Source of the DNA: an uncultured bacterium
GTDB lineage: Bacteria; Krumholzibacteriota; Krumholzibacteriia; LZORAL124-64-63
Direction: 5' to 3'
Assembly (NCBI GenBank): GCA_963727525.1
Contig: CAVSGO010000006.1
Span: 64,001-128,000, forward strand
Length of the DNA: 64,000 nt
Part shown: in pieces, positions 50,108 through 59,235 of the stretch
How positions within the stretch are numbered: position 1 is the first letter of the stretch
Layout: every line of letters starts with the position of its first letter
Notes under the pieces: model-generated
What the model saw: the letters and a program-made list of their open reading frames with translations, nothing else
Told to the model about the DNA's origin: nothing
The model's database searches: none
Translations under genes and position numbers: made by a program

Positions 50108-50328
50108 CGCTAACCTCCCCATGTATCTTATTGAACAGCCATGATCGCTTGCAGCCCCATCTGCACCCACGATCGGTCGGCACGAGCCAGGCAGGTGCGC
50201 GTGCTCGACCTGGCGCGGAATCACGACCGGATCCGTCAACGGCATTGTAATCATGACAGTCCCTGTCGTAAACTCGTGGTCCCAGAATGGGGGGGGCAAT
50301 CGCAACCCATTCACCGACTGGAGGCGCC

Positions 50329-51270
50329 ATGAAATCGTTGACCTATATCCTCATCGCTCTACTCGCCGTCGCTGCCCTGCCCGCCCTTGCCACCGGCGAC
50401 AACCACTGGCATGTCTCGACCTACCGGGCCGAGTACTTCGACGGCCACGATGCCGCCAACCAGGCCCTCTATTGCGGTGACGAGACGATCCCGGCCTGTA
50501 CGGCCCAGGACACCATCGGCGGAATCGGCAGGGACTGGCTGGATGACGTGGAATGGCGTTCCAGCGTCGCCGACCCCTCCCAGCCCGTGACCGTCCGTTT
50601 GACCGGATTGTTGAACTACGATCTTCCCGACCTGAACTGGGATTTCCTCAATCTCTACATCCAGAGGGGTACCACGCTGGAGTTGCTGAATAGCTGGACG
50701 GGCACCTACGCCAGCACCGTGTCTCTCGATTTCACCGCCACGCTCAACCCCGGCGAGTATACCGGCCCGGGGAATGACGAGGTGAGGCTGGTCTGGCGCG
50801 TCGTGGCTTCCGCCGATGGGTGGGACGACGAGGATTGCCTCAACCCCAGCCACGGAGCCTGCCAGATCGACGATCTCTACGTCTATTTCGATGGCGTCCG
50901 TGTCACGTACGACACCTTCGAACCGGGCAGCCCGGTCAGCTGGACCCCCGTCGGCGATGCGATCACGGCGGCGGACGATGTCCCCGGGATCGGGCAGGTC
51001 GCCGTGGCCGCCCACCCGAATCCCTTCAATCCGCGGACGACCATCGCCTTCGCTCTCCCGCAGGCCGCCGACGTGTCCCTGGCCTTGTTCGATCTGCAGG
51101 GGCGGCTGGTCAGGACTCTCGTGAACGCGACGACCTATCCCGCCGGCCGTCACCAGCAGGTGTGGGATGGGCGGGACGATCTCGGACAGACGGCGCCCTC
51201 GGGCGTCTATTTCTACCGGTTCACTGCGGGGCAGGAGAGTCGGACGGGGAAGTTGACCATGTTGAAGTGA
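50329..51270 (+). CDS. Secreted hypothetical protein with FlgD-Ig CTD
   Basis: GGAGG RBS, signal peptide, HPNPFNP...KLTMLK tail. Confidence 0.8.
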   Translation: MKSLTYILIALLAVAALPALATGDNHWHVSTYRAEYFDGHDAANQALYCGDETIPACTAQDTIGGIGRDWLDDVEWRSSVADPSQPVTVRLTGLLNYDLPDLNWDFLNLYIQRGTTLELLNSWTGTYASTVSLDFTATLNPGEYTGPGNDEVRLVWRVVASADGWDDEDCLNPSHGACQIDDLYVYFDGVRVTYDTFEPGSPVSWTPVGDAITAADDVPGIGQVAVAAHPNPFNPRTTIAFALPQAADVSLALFDLQGRLVRTLVNATTYPAGRHQQVWDGRDDLGQTAPSGVYFYRFTAGQESRTGKLTMLK

Positions 51271-51284
51271 TCTCGAGCGTTCGC

Positions 51285-51441
51285 AGTACCATCCGCGATC
51301 TTCGAGCCGCGGGGACTGCTCGGGCAGCTCTTCCGGTATGCGCTGTGGCCGGTCCATCGGTACGTCTTCGCGGGCAGGTTGCGCGAGATCGCCGCCAGTG
51401 CGGCGATCTCGTCGCTCCTGATCTTGACGTACCGCTCGTGA
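51285..51441 (+). pseudogene. Relic of the C-terminus of a YbjT/DUF2867-like gene
   Basis: STIR / AIFEPRGLLGQLFRYALWPVHRYVFAGRLREIA, split by a frameshift, with no start codon. Confidence 0.55.
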
Positions 51442-51549
51442 CCGGATAAGATCATCCCATGATCCATTGCTAACGCCTAGTTCGGGCAACGTCATCGCCG
51501 TGCGAATCGAGTTCGCGATCCCTGCGACGCGGTGACCAGATCGGGAGGT

Positions 51550-52281
51550 GTGGCATTGGATCGTCCATCGGTTTCGTATCTTTTCCCCCTCTTCGCATGG
51601 ATCGCGTGCCTGGCCGTTGCGGGTGCTGGTTCGGCGTCCCCTTACCAGGAGATCGGCGGTGAGCCGCCGCCGCCGCAACCGCCGGCCTCGGTGCCGGCGG
51701 AAGAGGTGTCGCCGGTCTCGCTCGATCCGTTGGTCGAGATTCTCGGCGGCGTGCAGACCTTCATGGACGAGGATCTGGCGGATACCTACAGCGTGCTGCC
51801 GTCGATCGGGGCGGGCATGAGCTGGCGGCTCGGCGCCTCGTCCCGCGTTCGCGTGACAGCGGCCTATGCCCAGGCCGATGGCGACCCCTACTACGCCACG
51901 CCCGAGTTCGACGGGCCGTCGTCGCGGGTGCGAGTCGTGCCGGTCACCGTTGGTGTGAGCACCGACCTGAATCCGCGCGGTTCGCTGCACCTCGACGTGG
52001 GGTGCGCATTCCAGACGGCCTGGATGGAGGAGCATGTGCCTCTCGCGGATGGTTTCGCCTACGCATCCGGCGTGCTGTTCGGCCTCGATTTCACGGGTGG
52101 GCACCGGTGGAGCCTGGATCGCGGGCGCAAGTCCGTGAGCCTGGAACTGGGCTGGGGCGGAACGGGTGGTCGGGTGCGCGCGCACGGCGACCACTATGAC
52201 GCCGATCTGCGCGGTTTCCACGCGCGCATCGTCTATGCGTTCCGCCTGCACGACGGCCGTGCCTTCGGGGAGGTGCAGTGA
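51550..52281 (+). CDS. Putative small outer-membrane beta-barrel protein (start uncertain)
   Basis: Signal-like N-terminus, Pro-rich linker, alternating beta strands ending ARIVYAF. Confidence 0.55.
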   Translation: MALDRPSVSYLFPLFAWIACLAVAGAGSASPYQEIGGEPPPPQPPASVPAEEVSPVSLDPLVEILGGVQTFMDEDLADTYSVLPSIGAGMSWRLGASSRVRVTAAYAQADGDPYYATPEFDGPSSRVRVVPVTVGVSTDLNPRGSLHLDVGCAFQTAWMEEHVPLADGFAYASGVLFGLDFTGGHRWSLDRGRKSVSLELGWGGTGGRVRAHGDHYDADLRGFHARIVYAFRLHDGRAFGEVQ

Positions 52282-53327
52282 TGCGTACGCAGGGAGGGAA
52301 TCGTGCCGGCGTCCTGGCCGCGTTGATCATGCTCACCGCGCTGGGGCCAGGGGCGGCGCGCGCCGACGGTTTGATGATGCCGCCCATCGGCTATGCGCTC
52401 TACGAGTACGAGCAGCTGGCCTTCCTCGACTGGGATGCGACGGATAGCACCGAGACGCTCGCCATCATGCCCGCGTTCCGCGGCGATGCCCGCAACTTCG
52501 CCTGGGTGATCCCCGTGCCGGCCGTGCCGCAGGTGGCTGAGGGCACGCGCGGGCTCTTCGACGAGATGCTGGCGTTCACGTCGCCCGAGTACCGCGCGCG
52601 CGGCAAGGGTTGGAACTGTGAGGATCGGACGTACGACCTGGTCGACGCGGCCGCCGGCGGAGTGGAGGTCGTCCAGCACGATCTCGTCGGCATCTACGAC
52701 GTCGCGGTCTTCACCGCCAGCGACGCCACGGCGCTCGCCGACACGCTCACCACGCTCGGCTACCTGCACGCGGACAACCACGACGCCGTGGTGCCGCTTC
52801 TCGACGACTACGTGGCGCGCGATTGGGCCTTCGTGGCGATGTTCGTCGACAGCACCGCCGTCAACGACGTGTATCATGACGACGGTTATTTCTACGGCGG
52901 TCTGCAACCCATCGTGCTGACGTTCGCGAGCGATGCCCCCGTGTTCCCGCTGCGCGTCTCGGCCGCGAGCGCGGACCTGAGCACGCGGATCATGCTCTTC
53001 ACGGCGGCGGATCACCGGATGACGTTCGAGGGCGCCACGGCCACCTACGCCAATCGCTTCGGCGACGCCGAGTACGCGGCGCTATCGCGAAAGTATCCCA
53101 CGACAGCGGCGCGCCTGGCGCCCGGCCGTTTCCTCACGCGCCTCGATCGCCGGCTCGCGCCGGATGCCATGGATCACGATCTCGTCATCGTGCGCGCCGA
53201 TACCGACGACGAGTTCCGGCCCATCGACTACGGCCGGGTGCCGTTCTTCGGCCTGTTCGTCGGAGGGTGGGCCCTCGCGTGGGCGACGTGGCGGCTGCGC
53301 CGGTGGCGGCAGGCGGCCCGGGCGTGA
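52278..53327 (+). CDS. DUF2330-like exported protein with C-terminal TM anchor
   Basis: FAWVIPVP, VGIYD, YVARDWAFVA, LQPI..TF, FPLRVS. Confidence 0.75.
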   Translation: MMRTQGGNRAGVLAALIMLTALGPGAARADGLMMPPIGYALYEYEQLAFLDWDATDSTETLAIMPAFRGDARNFAWVIPVPAVPQVAEGTRGLFDEMLAFTSPEYRARGKGWNCEDRTYDLVDAAAGGVEVVQHDLVGIYDVAVFTASDATALADTLTTLGYLHADNHDAVVPLLDDYVARDWAFVAMFVDSTAVNDVYHDDGYFYGGLQPIVLTFASDAPVFPLRVSAASADLSTRIMLFTAADHRMTFEGATATYANRFGDAEYAALSRKYPTTAARLAPGRFLTRLDRRLAPDAMDHDLVIVRADTDDEFRPIDYGRVPFFGLFVGGWALAWATWRLRRWRQAARA

Positions 53328-53379
53328 TATGCTTGGTGCGCTATATTGACGTTTCGATCGATCATGGACCCCGAAGAAG

Positions 53380-55419
53380 GTGGCGGCCCCGGTGCGTATT
53401 CTCGCCCTCACCGCGATTCCCCTCGTGCTGGCGCTCGCCGCGGCGGCTGCGGCAGCGGAGCGCCACGTGGGGACCGGCCAGCCCTACGCCACCATCCAGG
53501 CCGCCGTCGACGCGGCGGCCGACGGTGACGCCGTCATCGTCCATGACGGCACCTATGCGGAGCACGTGATCGTCGACCGGCGCCTCTCGCTGCGCTCCCT
53601 CGACTTCATCGACCACGGCGAGAACGACGGCGCCGTGATCGATGGCGGCGGCGAGGCGGCCTACGCCGTGCTCGTCGTGGCCGACGGTGTCACGGTGGAG
53701 GGATTCACACTGTACGGGGCCACGGGTCTCGCCGACTTCGCCTTCTACGCGAGCATCGGCGTCGTCGGCGCCGCGAATGCCACGATCGCCCACAACCGCA
53801 GCGGCACGAGTTACCAGCAGACCAGCGATATCGGCATCGCGGCCAGGTACGCGGATGGACTGGTGATCACCGGCAACGAGCCGGCTTACGGTACCAACGG
53901 GATCTGGCTCGAGGACTGCCGAGGCGCCACCATCACGGCGAACGAGCCGCACCATTTCATCAGCGATCCGGCGGGTGCGGGCATCGCGCTGGCCGGCGCG
54001 GATGTGAAGGACGTGTCGTCGGCGTCGCACAACCGTATCGCCGGCAACCACGTGCACAACTGCAACCTCGGGATCTACCTGGCGCTGAACGCCACGAACA
54101 ACGTCATCGCCGACAACCTCGTCGAGAACGGCTTCGTGGGCATCTACGCGAAGGACGGTAGCCACTACAACGTGATCAGCGGCAACACCGTGCGTGGCTG
54201 CAACGGGCGCGGCATCGAGGTGAACAACGCCGACGCGTGCACGCTGGTGGGCAACCTGCTGGAAGACGACATCACCGGCATCTGGCTCGGCTACCTCGAT
54301 CCCGTGGACAATGGCGCCGATCGCTGCCTCGTGGTGGGCAACACGTTCACGCAGAACACGACCGCCGGGCTGCGCGTCTCGTCGCACTCGCTCGACACCC
54401 GCGTCTTTCTGAACGCCTTCGTCACGAACACGCACCACGTGCGTTCCGAGGGCGCCGAATGGGCGACGGCGATGCCGGTGTCGTATGTCCATGGCGGCGT
54501 GGACCACGCCGGCCAGCTCGGCAACGCCTACGACACGTACGGCGGTGCCGACCTCGACGGCGACGGCGTCGGCGACACCGACCTGCCCTTTCGTGACGGC
54601 GACGCCATCTACGGCCCGTTCGAGAATCACCCGCTCGTGGACGACCCGACCGCCTACGCGCTCCAGGCCTGGTTCCTCGACGGCGGCGCCGTGCCGCTCA
54701 TGCACCACGCCGACCCCGCGCGCGAGATTGGCGAACGCGTGCTCCCGGCCGGCGAGGCGGCCACCTGGCTCTCGGCCATTGTGGCCGCGGATGACCTCGA
54801 CTACGCGTCCGGCGCCTGGGCGGGCGATCTGCGCTTCGCCGCGCTGCCGGTGGACGGCGATCTGCTTGTGGAAGTGGGCACGGCGAGCGGAGCGGGCGAT
54901 TTCATGGCGAGCGGGGCCGAGGCAGCCGTCGCGGCGGATGCCTGGGACGCGAACTTCACGACGTCCGCAGCGCCGGTGGCGGTGCCGGTCGGCGCGCACC
55001 TCGCGCTGCGGATCACGAACCGCAGTCCCGTGGCTTGCGCCATCCTCGTCGGCGGGGCCGCGAGCCTCGTGTCGAGCCCCGGTCTCGATGATCCGGTGTG
55101 GCCCGGTGGCACCATCGCCGTGCCCGACACGCCCAGGGCGGGTGCGCGCCTCGCCCAGAATCGTCCCAACCCCTTCAACCCGAGCACGACCATCGCCTTC
55201 GCGCTGGCGAGCCCGGCGCAGGTGGACCTGCTGGTCTACGACCTCGCCGGTCGTCTCGTGCGCACCTTGTTGCGCGGGACCGACCTCGGCGGGGGAGAGC
55301 ACGCTGTTGTCTGGACCGGCGAAGACGACCACGGCCACGCCATGGCGTCGGGTGCCTACCTCTATCGGCTCGTCACGCCGGATGGTGCGATCGCGCGGTG
55401 CATGCTGCTCGTCCGCTAG
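53380..55419 (+). CDS. NosD/pectin-lyase-like parallel beta-helix protein with FlgD-Ig CTD
   Basis: YATIQAAVDAA, repeated N.I..N...GI.L units, DLDGDGVGD, PNPFNP tail. Confidence 0.82.
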   Translation: MAAPVRILALTAIPLVLALAAAAAAAERHVGTGQPYATIQAAVDAAADGDAVIVHDGTYAEHVIVDRRLSLRSLDFIDHGENDGAVIDGGGEAAYAVLVVADGVTVEGFTLYGATGLADFAFYASIGVVGAANATIAHNRSGTSYQQTSDIGIAARYADGLVITGNEPAYGTNGIWLEDCRGATITANEPHHFISDPAGAGIALAGADVKDVSSASHNRIAGNHVHNCNLGIYLALNATNNVIADNLVENGFVGIYAKDGSHYNVISGNTVRGCNGRGIEVNNADACTLVGNLLEDDITGIWLGYLDPVDNGADRCLVVGNTFTQNTTAGLRVSSHSLDTRVFLNAFVTNTHHVRSEGAEWATAMPVSYVHGGVDHAGQLGNAYDTYGGADLDGDGVGDTDLPFRDGDAIYGPFENHPLVDDPTAYALQAWFLDGGAVPLMHHADPAREIGERVLPAGEAATWLSAIVAADDLDYASGAWAGDLRFAALPVDGDLLVEVGTASGAGDFMASGAEAAVAADAWDANFTTSAAPVAVPVGAHLALRITNRSPVACAILVGGAASLVSSPGLDDPVWPGGTIAVPDTPRAGARLAQNRPNPFNPSTTIAFALASPAQVDLLVYDLAGRLVRTLLRGTDLGGGEHAVVWTGEDDHGHAMASGAYLYRLVTPDGAIARCMLLVR

Positions 55420-55832
55420 GCCGGACGCCGGTTCCGACGCGCGTCGAGGCTCCAGGGTCCCGCGCCGGCGGCCGAGAAATAGAGCCACACGAAGCAGTAG
55501 ATGATCGCCGCGATGCCGTTGTTCACCGTGGGCCACAGGCTCTGCGGCGCGTGGAACTGCCAGTAGGCGATAGCCATCTCGCCCGCCAGCAGGAACGCCA
55601 CGGGCCGCGTGAACAGCCCCAGCACCAGCAGAAACCCGCCGAAGACCTCGAGCACACCGCCGAACCAGATCTGGGTGAACGCCGTGGCCGTGGTGCCGTT
55701 GGGCGGCATGCCGACAGGGATGGCGAAGAGCTTCATGGCGCCGGGCATCATGAATACGAAACCAGCGACAATGCGCAGGATACTCTGGAAGAAGGGGCCC
55801 CAGCTGGCCCAGCGGGCGACGATGGTGGGCAT
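55416..55832 (-). CDS. DoxX family membrane protein
   Basis: LRIVAG, KLF, LGLFTRPVAFLLAGEMA, GAGPWSLD. Confidence 0.92.
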   Translation of the reverse strand: MPTIVARWASWGPFFQSILRIVAGFVFMMPGAMKLFAIPVGMPPNGTTATAFTQIWFGGVLEVFGGFLLVLGLFTRPVAFLLAGEMAIAYWQFHAPQSLWPTVNNGIAAIIYCFVWLYFSAAGAGPWSLDARRNRRPA

Positions 55833-56012
55833 GGGTCGGACCTCGGAGATCGGGTGATGCGATCCTGTGCCGCCACGAGTCGTGCCGGCGCCACTCCCGA
55901 CAGATAGGCATGAATAGCGGTGATCGCCGCTGCCGCACGGTTGCGAACCTGCCGGGTTGCGGTTGATCTGTTCAAGAACCGAACGATCGACGACACGAGC
56001 CCCGAGGCGCCC

Positions 56013-57302
56013 ATGCCACGCCGTCGCCACATCTCTCGAGCCGCTGTCTCGCTCGTCGTGCTGGGGCTTGCGCTCGCCCTGGGCGGCTGCCGCGACGGTG
56101 GCCCGCATCCGCTGGTCTTCAGCGTGGGCGGTGCCCCCGCCGAGGTGGCGGTGTGGGAGCAGGTGGCGCAGGCCTTTACCGACAGCACCGATATCCCCGT
56201 GGAGATCCTGCGCCAGCCGGCCAACACGTCGCAGCAGCGGCAGGCGCTGATCGTGTCGCTGGGGGCCGGGCTCCCCGATCCGGACGTGTTCCTCATGGAC
56301 GTGGCGTGGGTCGCCCTCTTCGCCGACGCGCACTGGCTGCACCCCATCGCTGCCGACACCGCCGCATTCTTCTCCAGCGTGCTCGACGCCGTCGATCGCC
56401 GCGGGGACGATCTCGTGGCCCTGCCCGTCTACCTCGACGCAGGGCTGCTCTATTACCGCCGTGATCTGCTCGCGCAGGCCGGCATCGCGGAACCGCCCGC
56501 CACCTTCGCGGCACTCCGCGATGACGTGCGGCGCGTGCGCGACGCCGGGCATCCTCACATCGGCGGCTACGTGTGGCAGGGCGCGCAGTACGAGGGGCTG
56601 GTCGTGAACTTCCTCGAGTTCGCCGGCCGCGCTGGCGGTCTCGTGGCCGAGGACGGCGGCTGGCGCGTCGATCTGCCCGCCAACCGGCAGGCCCTGCAAC
56701 TCATGCGCGACCTCGTGACCAGCGGCGTATCGCCTGCGTCCACCACCAGCGAGATGCGCGAGGAGGAAGTGCGTGCGGCGTTCCAGCACGGCGACGCGGT
56801 CTTCGAGCGCAACTGGCCCTATGCCTGGGCGCTCCATCAACAGGAAGGCTCGCCCGTGCGCGGCGGGGTGGCCGTGGCGTCGCTGCCCGGCCCTTCCGCG
56901 GACACCGCCACCACCGTGCTGGGCGGCTGGCACGCCGGCATCTCGCGTTTCAGCGACCGTGCGGACGACGCCGCGCGCTTCGTGGCGTTCATCACGTCGC
57001 GCGCGGTGCAGACGCGGCTCGTCCGCACGCTCGGCTGGAATCCCGGCCGCCGCGATCTCTACGACGACGCCGAGCTGCAGCACGCCATCCCGCATCTCGC
57101 CACGCTGGCGCGCGTGATTGCGCACGCGACGCCGCGGCCCACGGTCCCCTACTACCCTCAGATGTCGGCGATCCTGCAGCGCCATCTCAGCGCGGCCATC
57201 AGCGGACGCGCCGCGCCGGCGGATGCGCTGCGCGCCGCCCAGGCGGAGCTGGACGCGCTCGCCCGATACTACCAGGCTTCGGAGGGGCGCGATGTCCCGT
57301 GA
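56013..57302 (+). CDS. Sugar ABC transporter substrate-binding lipoprotein (trehalose/maltose-like)
   Basis: LGGC lipobox, PDVFLMDVAW, LLYYRRDLL, WQGAQYEGL, RNWPYAW, LGGW. Confidence 0.9.
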   Translation: MPRRRHISRAAVSLVVLGLALALGGCRDGGPHPLVFSVGGAPAEVAVWEQVAQAFTDSTDIPVEILRQPANTSQQRQALIVSLGAGLPDPDVFLMDVAWVALFADAHWLHPIAADTAAFFSSVLDAVDRRGDDLVALPVYLDAGLLYYRRDLLAQAGIAEPPATFAALRDDVRRVRDAGHPHIGGYVWQGAQYEGLVVNFLEFAGRAGGLVAEDGGWRVDLPANRQALQLMRDLVTSGVSPASTTSEMREEEVRAAFQHGDAVFERNWPYAWALHQQEGSPVRGGVAVASLPGPSADTATTVLGGWHAGISRFSDRADDAARFVAFITSRAVQTRLVRTLGWNPGRRDLYDDAELQHAIPHLATLARVIAHATPRPTVPYYPQMSAILQRHLSAAISGRAAPADALRAAQAELDALARYYQASEGRDVP

Positions 57303-58176
57303 TCGCCACGCGCGTACCTGGTGGACCGCGGCACCGTACCTGGCGCCGCTGCTGCTGCTCGTCGGCGCGCTCATCCTGGTGCCCGTGATCGGTACGATCG
57401 TGCAGAGCTTGCATCGCGACGTGGTGTTCCTGCCGCGGCGTTTCGTGGGGCTGACGAATTACGCGCGCCTGCTGCACGATCCCGCCTTCTGGCAGGCGGC
57501 ACGCTTCACGCTGGGCTTCGCGCTGGTCACGGTGCCGCTGGAACTGGTGATCGGGCTGACCATCGCCCTCGTGCTCCGCGAGGCGTTTCCTGGCCGCGGT
57601 TTGCTGCGCGCGGTGGCATTGATCCCGTGGGCGATCCCCGCGGCGGTGTCGGGCCGCGTGTTCGAACTGATCGCGCGCAGCGAGCACGGCGCGGCCACAT
57701 GGCTGGCACAGGCGCTCGGGCTGGCCCACGGTGCCGTGCCCTGGCTGGGTTCGGCGCCCGGAGCCTTCGGCGCCCTCGTGGTGGCCGATGTTTGGAAGAC
57801 GGCACCCTTCGTGGCGATCATCCTGCTCGCCGGCCTCGCCCATATTCCGGATGACCTCTACGCTCAGGCGCGCGTCGACGGCGCCGGCCTCTGGCGTCGG
57901 TTCACGCACATCACGCTGCCGCTGCTGCGGCCGGTGGTCGTGGTGGCGTGCCTCTTCCGCGCGATCGAGGCGCTGCGCGTGTTCGACATCGTGTACGTGC
58001 TCACCGGGGGCGGGCCCGGGGGCGCCACGTCGTCGCTCTCGCTGCTGGCGTACGACCACTTCAGCGCCGGCGACCCCGGCTATGGCGCCACGGCCAGCAC
58101 GGTGCTCTTCCTGCTCACCTTCGCTCTGGCCCTGGCGATGGTGACGCTCGGACGCTTCGGGGAGGAGCTGCAATGA
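57292..58176 (+). CDS. Sugar ABC transporter permease (MalF-like)
   Basis: FVGLTNY, WKTAPF, ARVDGA EAA loop. Confidence 0.92.
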   Translation: MSRDRHARTWWTAAPYLAPLLLLVGALILVPVIGTIVQSLHRDVVFLPRRFVGLTNYARLLHDPAFWQAARFTLGFALVTVPLELVIGLTIALVLREAFPGRGLLRAVALIPWAIPAAVSGRVFELIARSEHGAATWLAQALGLAHGAVPWLGSAPGAFGALVVADVWKTAPFVAIILLAGLAHIPDDLYAQARVDGAGLWRRFTHITLPLLRPVVVVACLFRAIEALRVFDIVYVLTGGGPGGATSSLSLLAYDHFSAGDPGYGATASTVLFLLTFALALAMVTLGRFGEELQ

Positions 58177-59003
58177 GCGAGACTCGTGTCCAGCGGCTCC
58201 TGCTCGGTGTCGGCATCGTGGGAACGCTCGTGTTCTGCCTCGCGCCGGTCGTGGTGATGGTGGCCACCGGCCTGGCCCGCGATCCCGACTTCCTGCGGCC
58301 CGACGTCGCCTTCGCGCCCACGCTCGCCCACGTGTACGCTGTGCTCACCGCACCCACCACGCACTTCCCCGCGTACCTGCGCAACAGCCTCATCGTGGCC
58401 GCCCTGAGCGCGGTGATCGCCGTGGGCATCGGCTCGCTGGCCGCGTACGCGCTCACCCGTCTTCCGCTGCCTGGCAAGGCGGCACTCATGGTGGGCGTGC
58501 TCGCGCTCTCGATGTTCCCGCCGGTGAGTCTGCTCGGATTCCTCTTCCGGCTCATGGCGCGACTGGGCTGGATTGATACGCTGCAGGCGCTCGTGCTGCC
58601 CTACGCGGCGTGGACGTTGCCCCTCGCGTTGTGGATTCTGGTGAGCTACTTCTCGCGCATCCCGCGCGACCTCGACGAGGCCGCGCGCGTGGACGGCTGC
58701 TCGCACCTGCAGATCCTGCGCCGGATCGTGCTGCCGCTCGCGGCGCCGGGCCTGGTGTCCACCTTCCTGCTGGCTTTCATCTTCGCCTTCAACGAGTTCC
58801 TCTTCGCCCTCATGCTCACCACCGACGAGGCGGCGCGCACCCTCCCCGTCGGCATCGCGCTCTTCGAGGGGTTGCACGGCCAGGTGCCGTGGGGCGAGAT
58901 CATGGCCGCCGCCACGGTGACGACGATCCCGGTGGTGGTGATCACGCTCGTGTTCCAGCGCCGGATCGTGCAGGGACTCACGCGGGGCGCGGTGAAGTCC
59001 TAG
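58173..59003 (+). CDS. Sugar ABC transporter permease (MalG-like)
   Basis: NSLIVA, LDEAARVDG, NEFLFAL, GLTRGAVKS. Confidence 0.92.
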   Translation: MSETRVQRLLLGVGIVGTLVFCLAPVVVMVATGLARDPDFLRPDVAFAPTLAHVYAVLTAPTTHFPAYLRNSLIVAALSAVIAVGIGSLAAYALTRLPLPGKAALMVGVLALSMFPPVSLLGFLFRLMARLGWIDTLQALVLPYAAWTLPLALWILVSYFSRIPRDLDEAARVDGCSHLQILRRIVLPLAAPGLVSTFLLAFIFAFNEFLFALMLTTDEAARTLPVGIALFEGLHGQVPWGEIMAAATVTTIPVVVITLVFQRRIVQGLTRGAVKS

Positions 59004-59235
59004 GCCGTCCCAGATACATGATAATCCCTATCTACTATTGTTGTTGATCCCGGGCCCCGGCCGTGGTACGGTTGCTTTCGTATCGAAAACATCCGCTTTT
59101 GCCGCGCCAGGAGCGCGGATCGAGCGCGACGGGCATACGACCCGTGATTCCGATACCGGGGGGGCAAGACCGGAGGTCGGGCACGCAGGTGCCGGAACCG
59201 GTCTGGCCAATCACCTTGACCCCGGGAGACGGACC

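Noticed and set aside
50110-50328. Riboswitch in the divergent intergenic region (hairpins GGTCGGCACG/CGTGCTCGACC and GAATGGG/CCCATTC)
   Set aside because: No recognisable aptamer consensus; short GC-rich stems are expected by chance.
51268-51441. Selenocysteine or readthrough extension of the 50329-51270 gene
   Set aside because: The CTD ends normally at KLTMLK; the in-frame downstream text is better explained as an unrelated gene relic.
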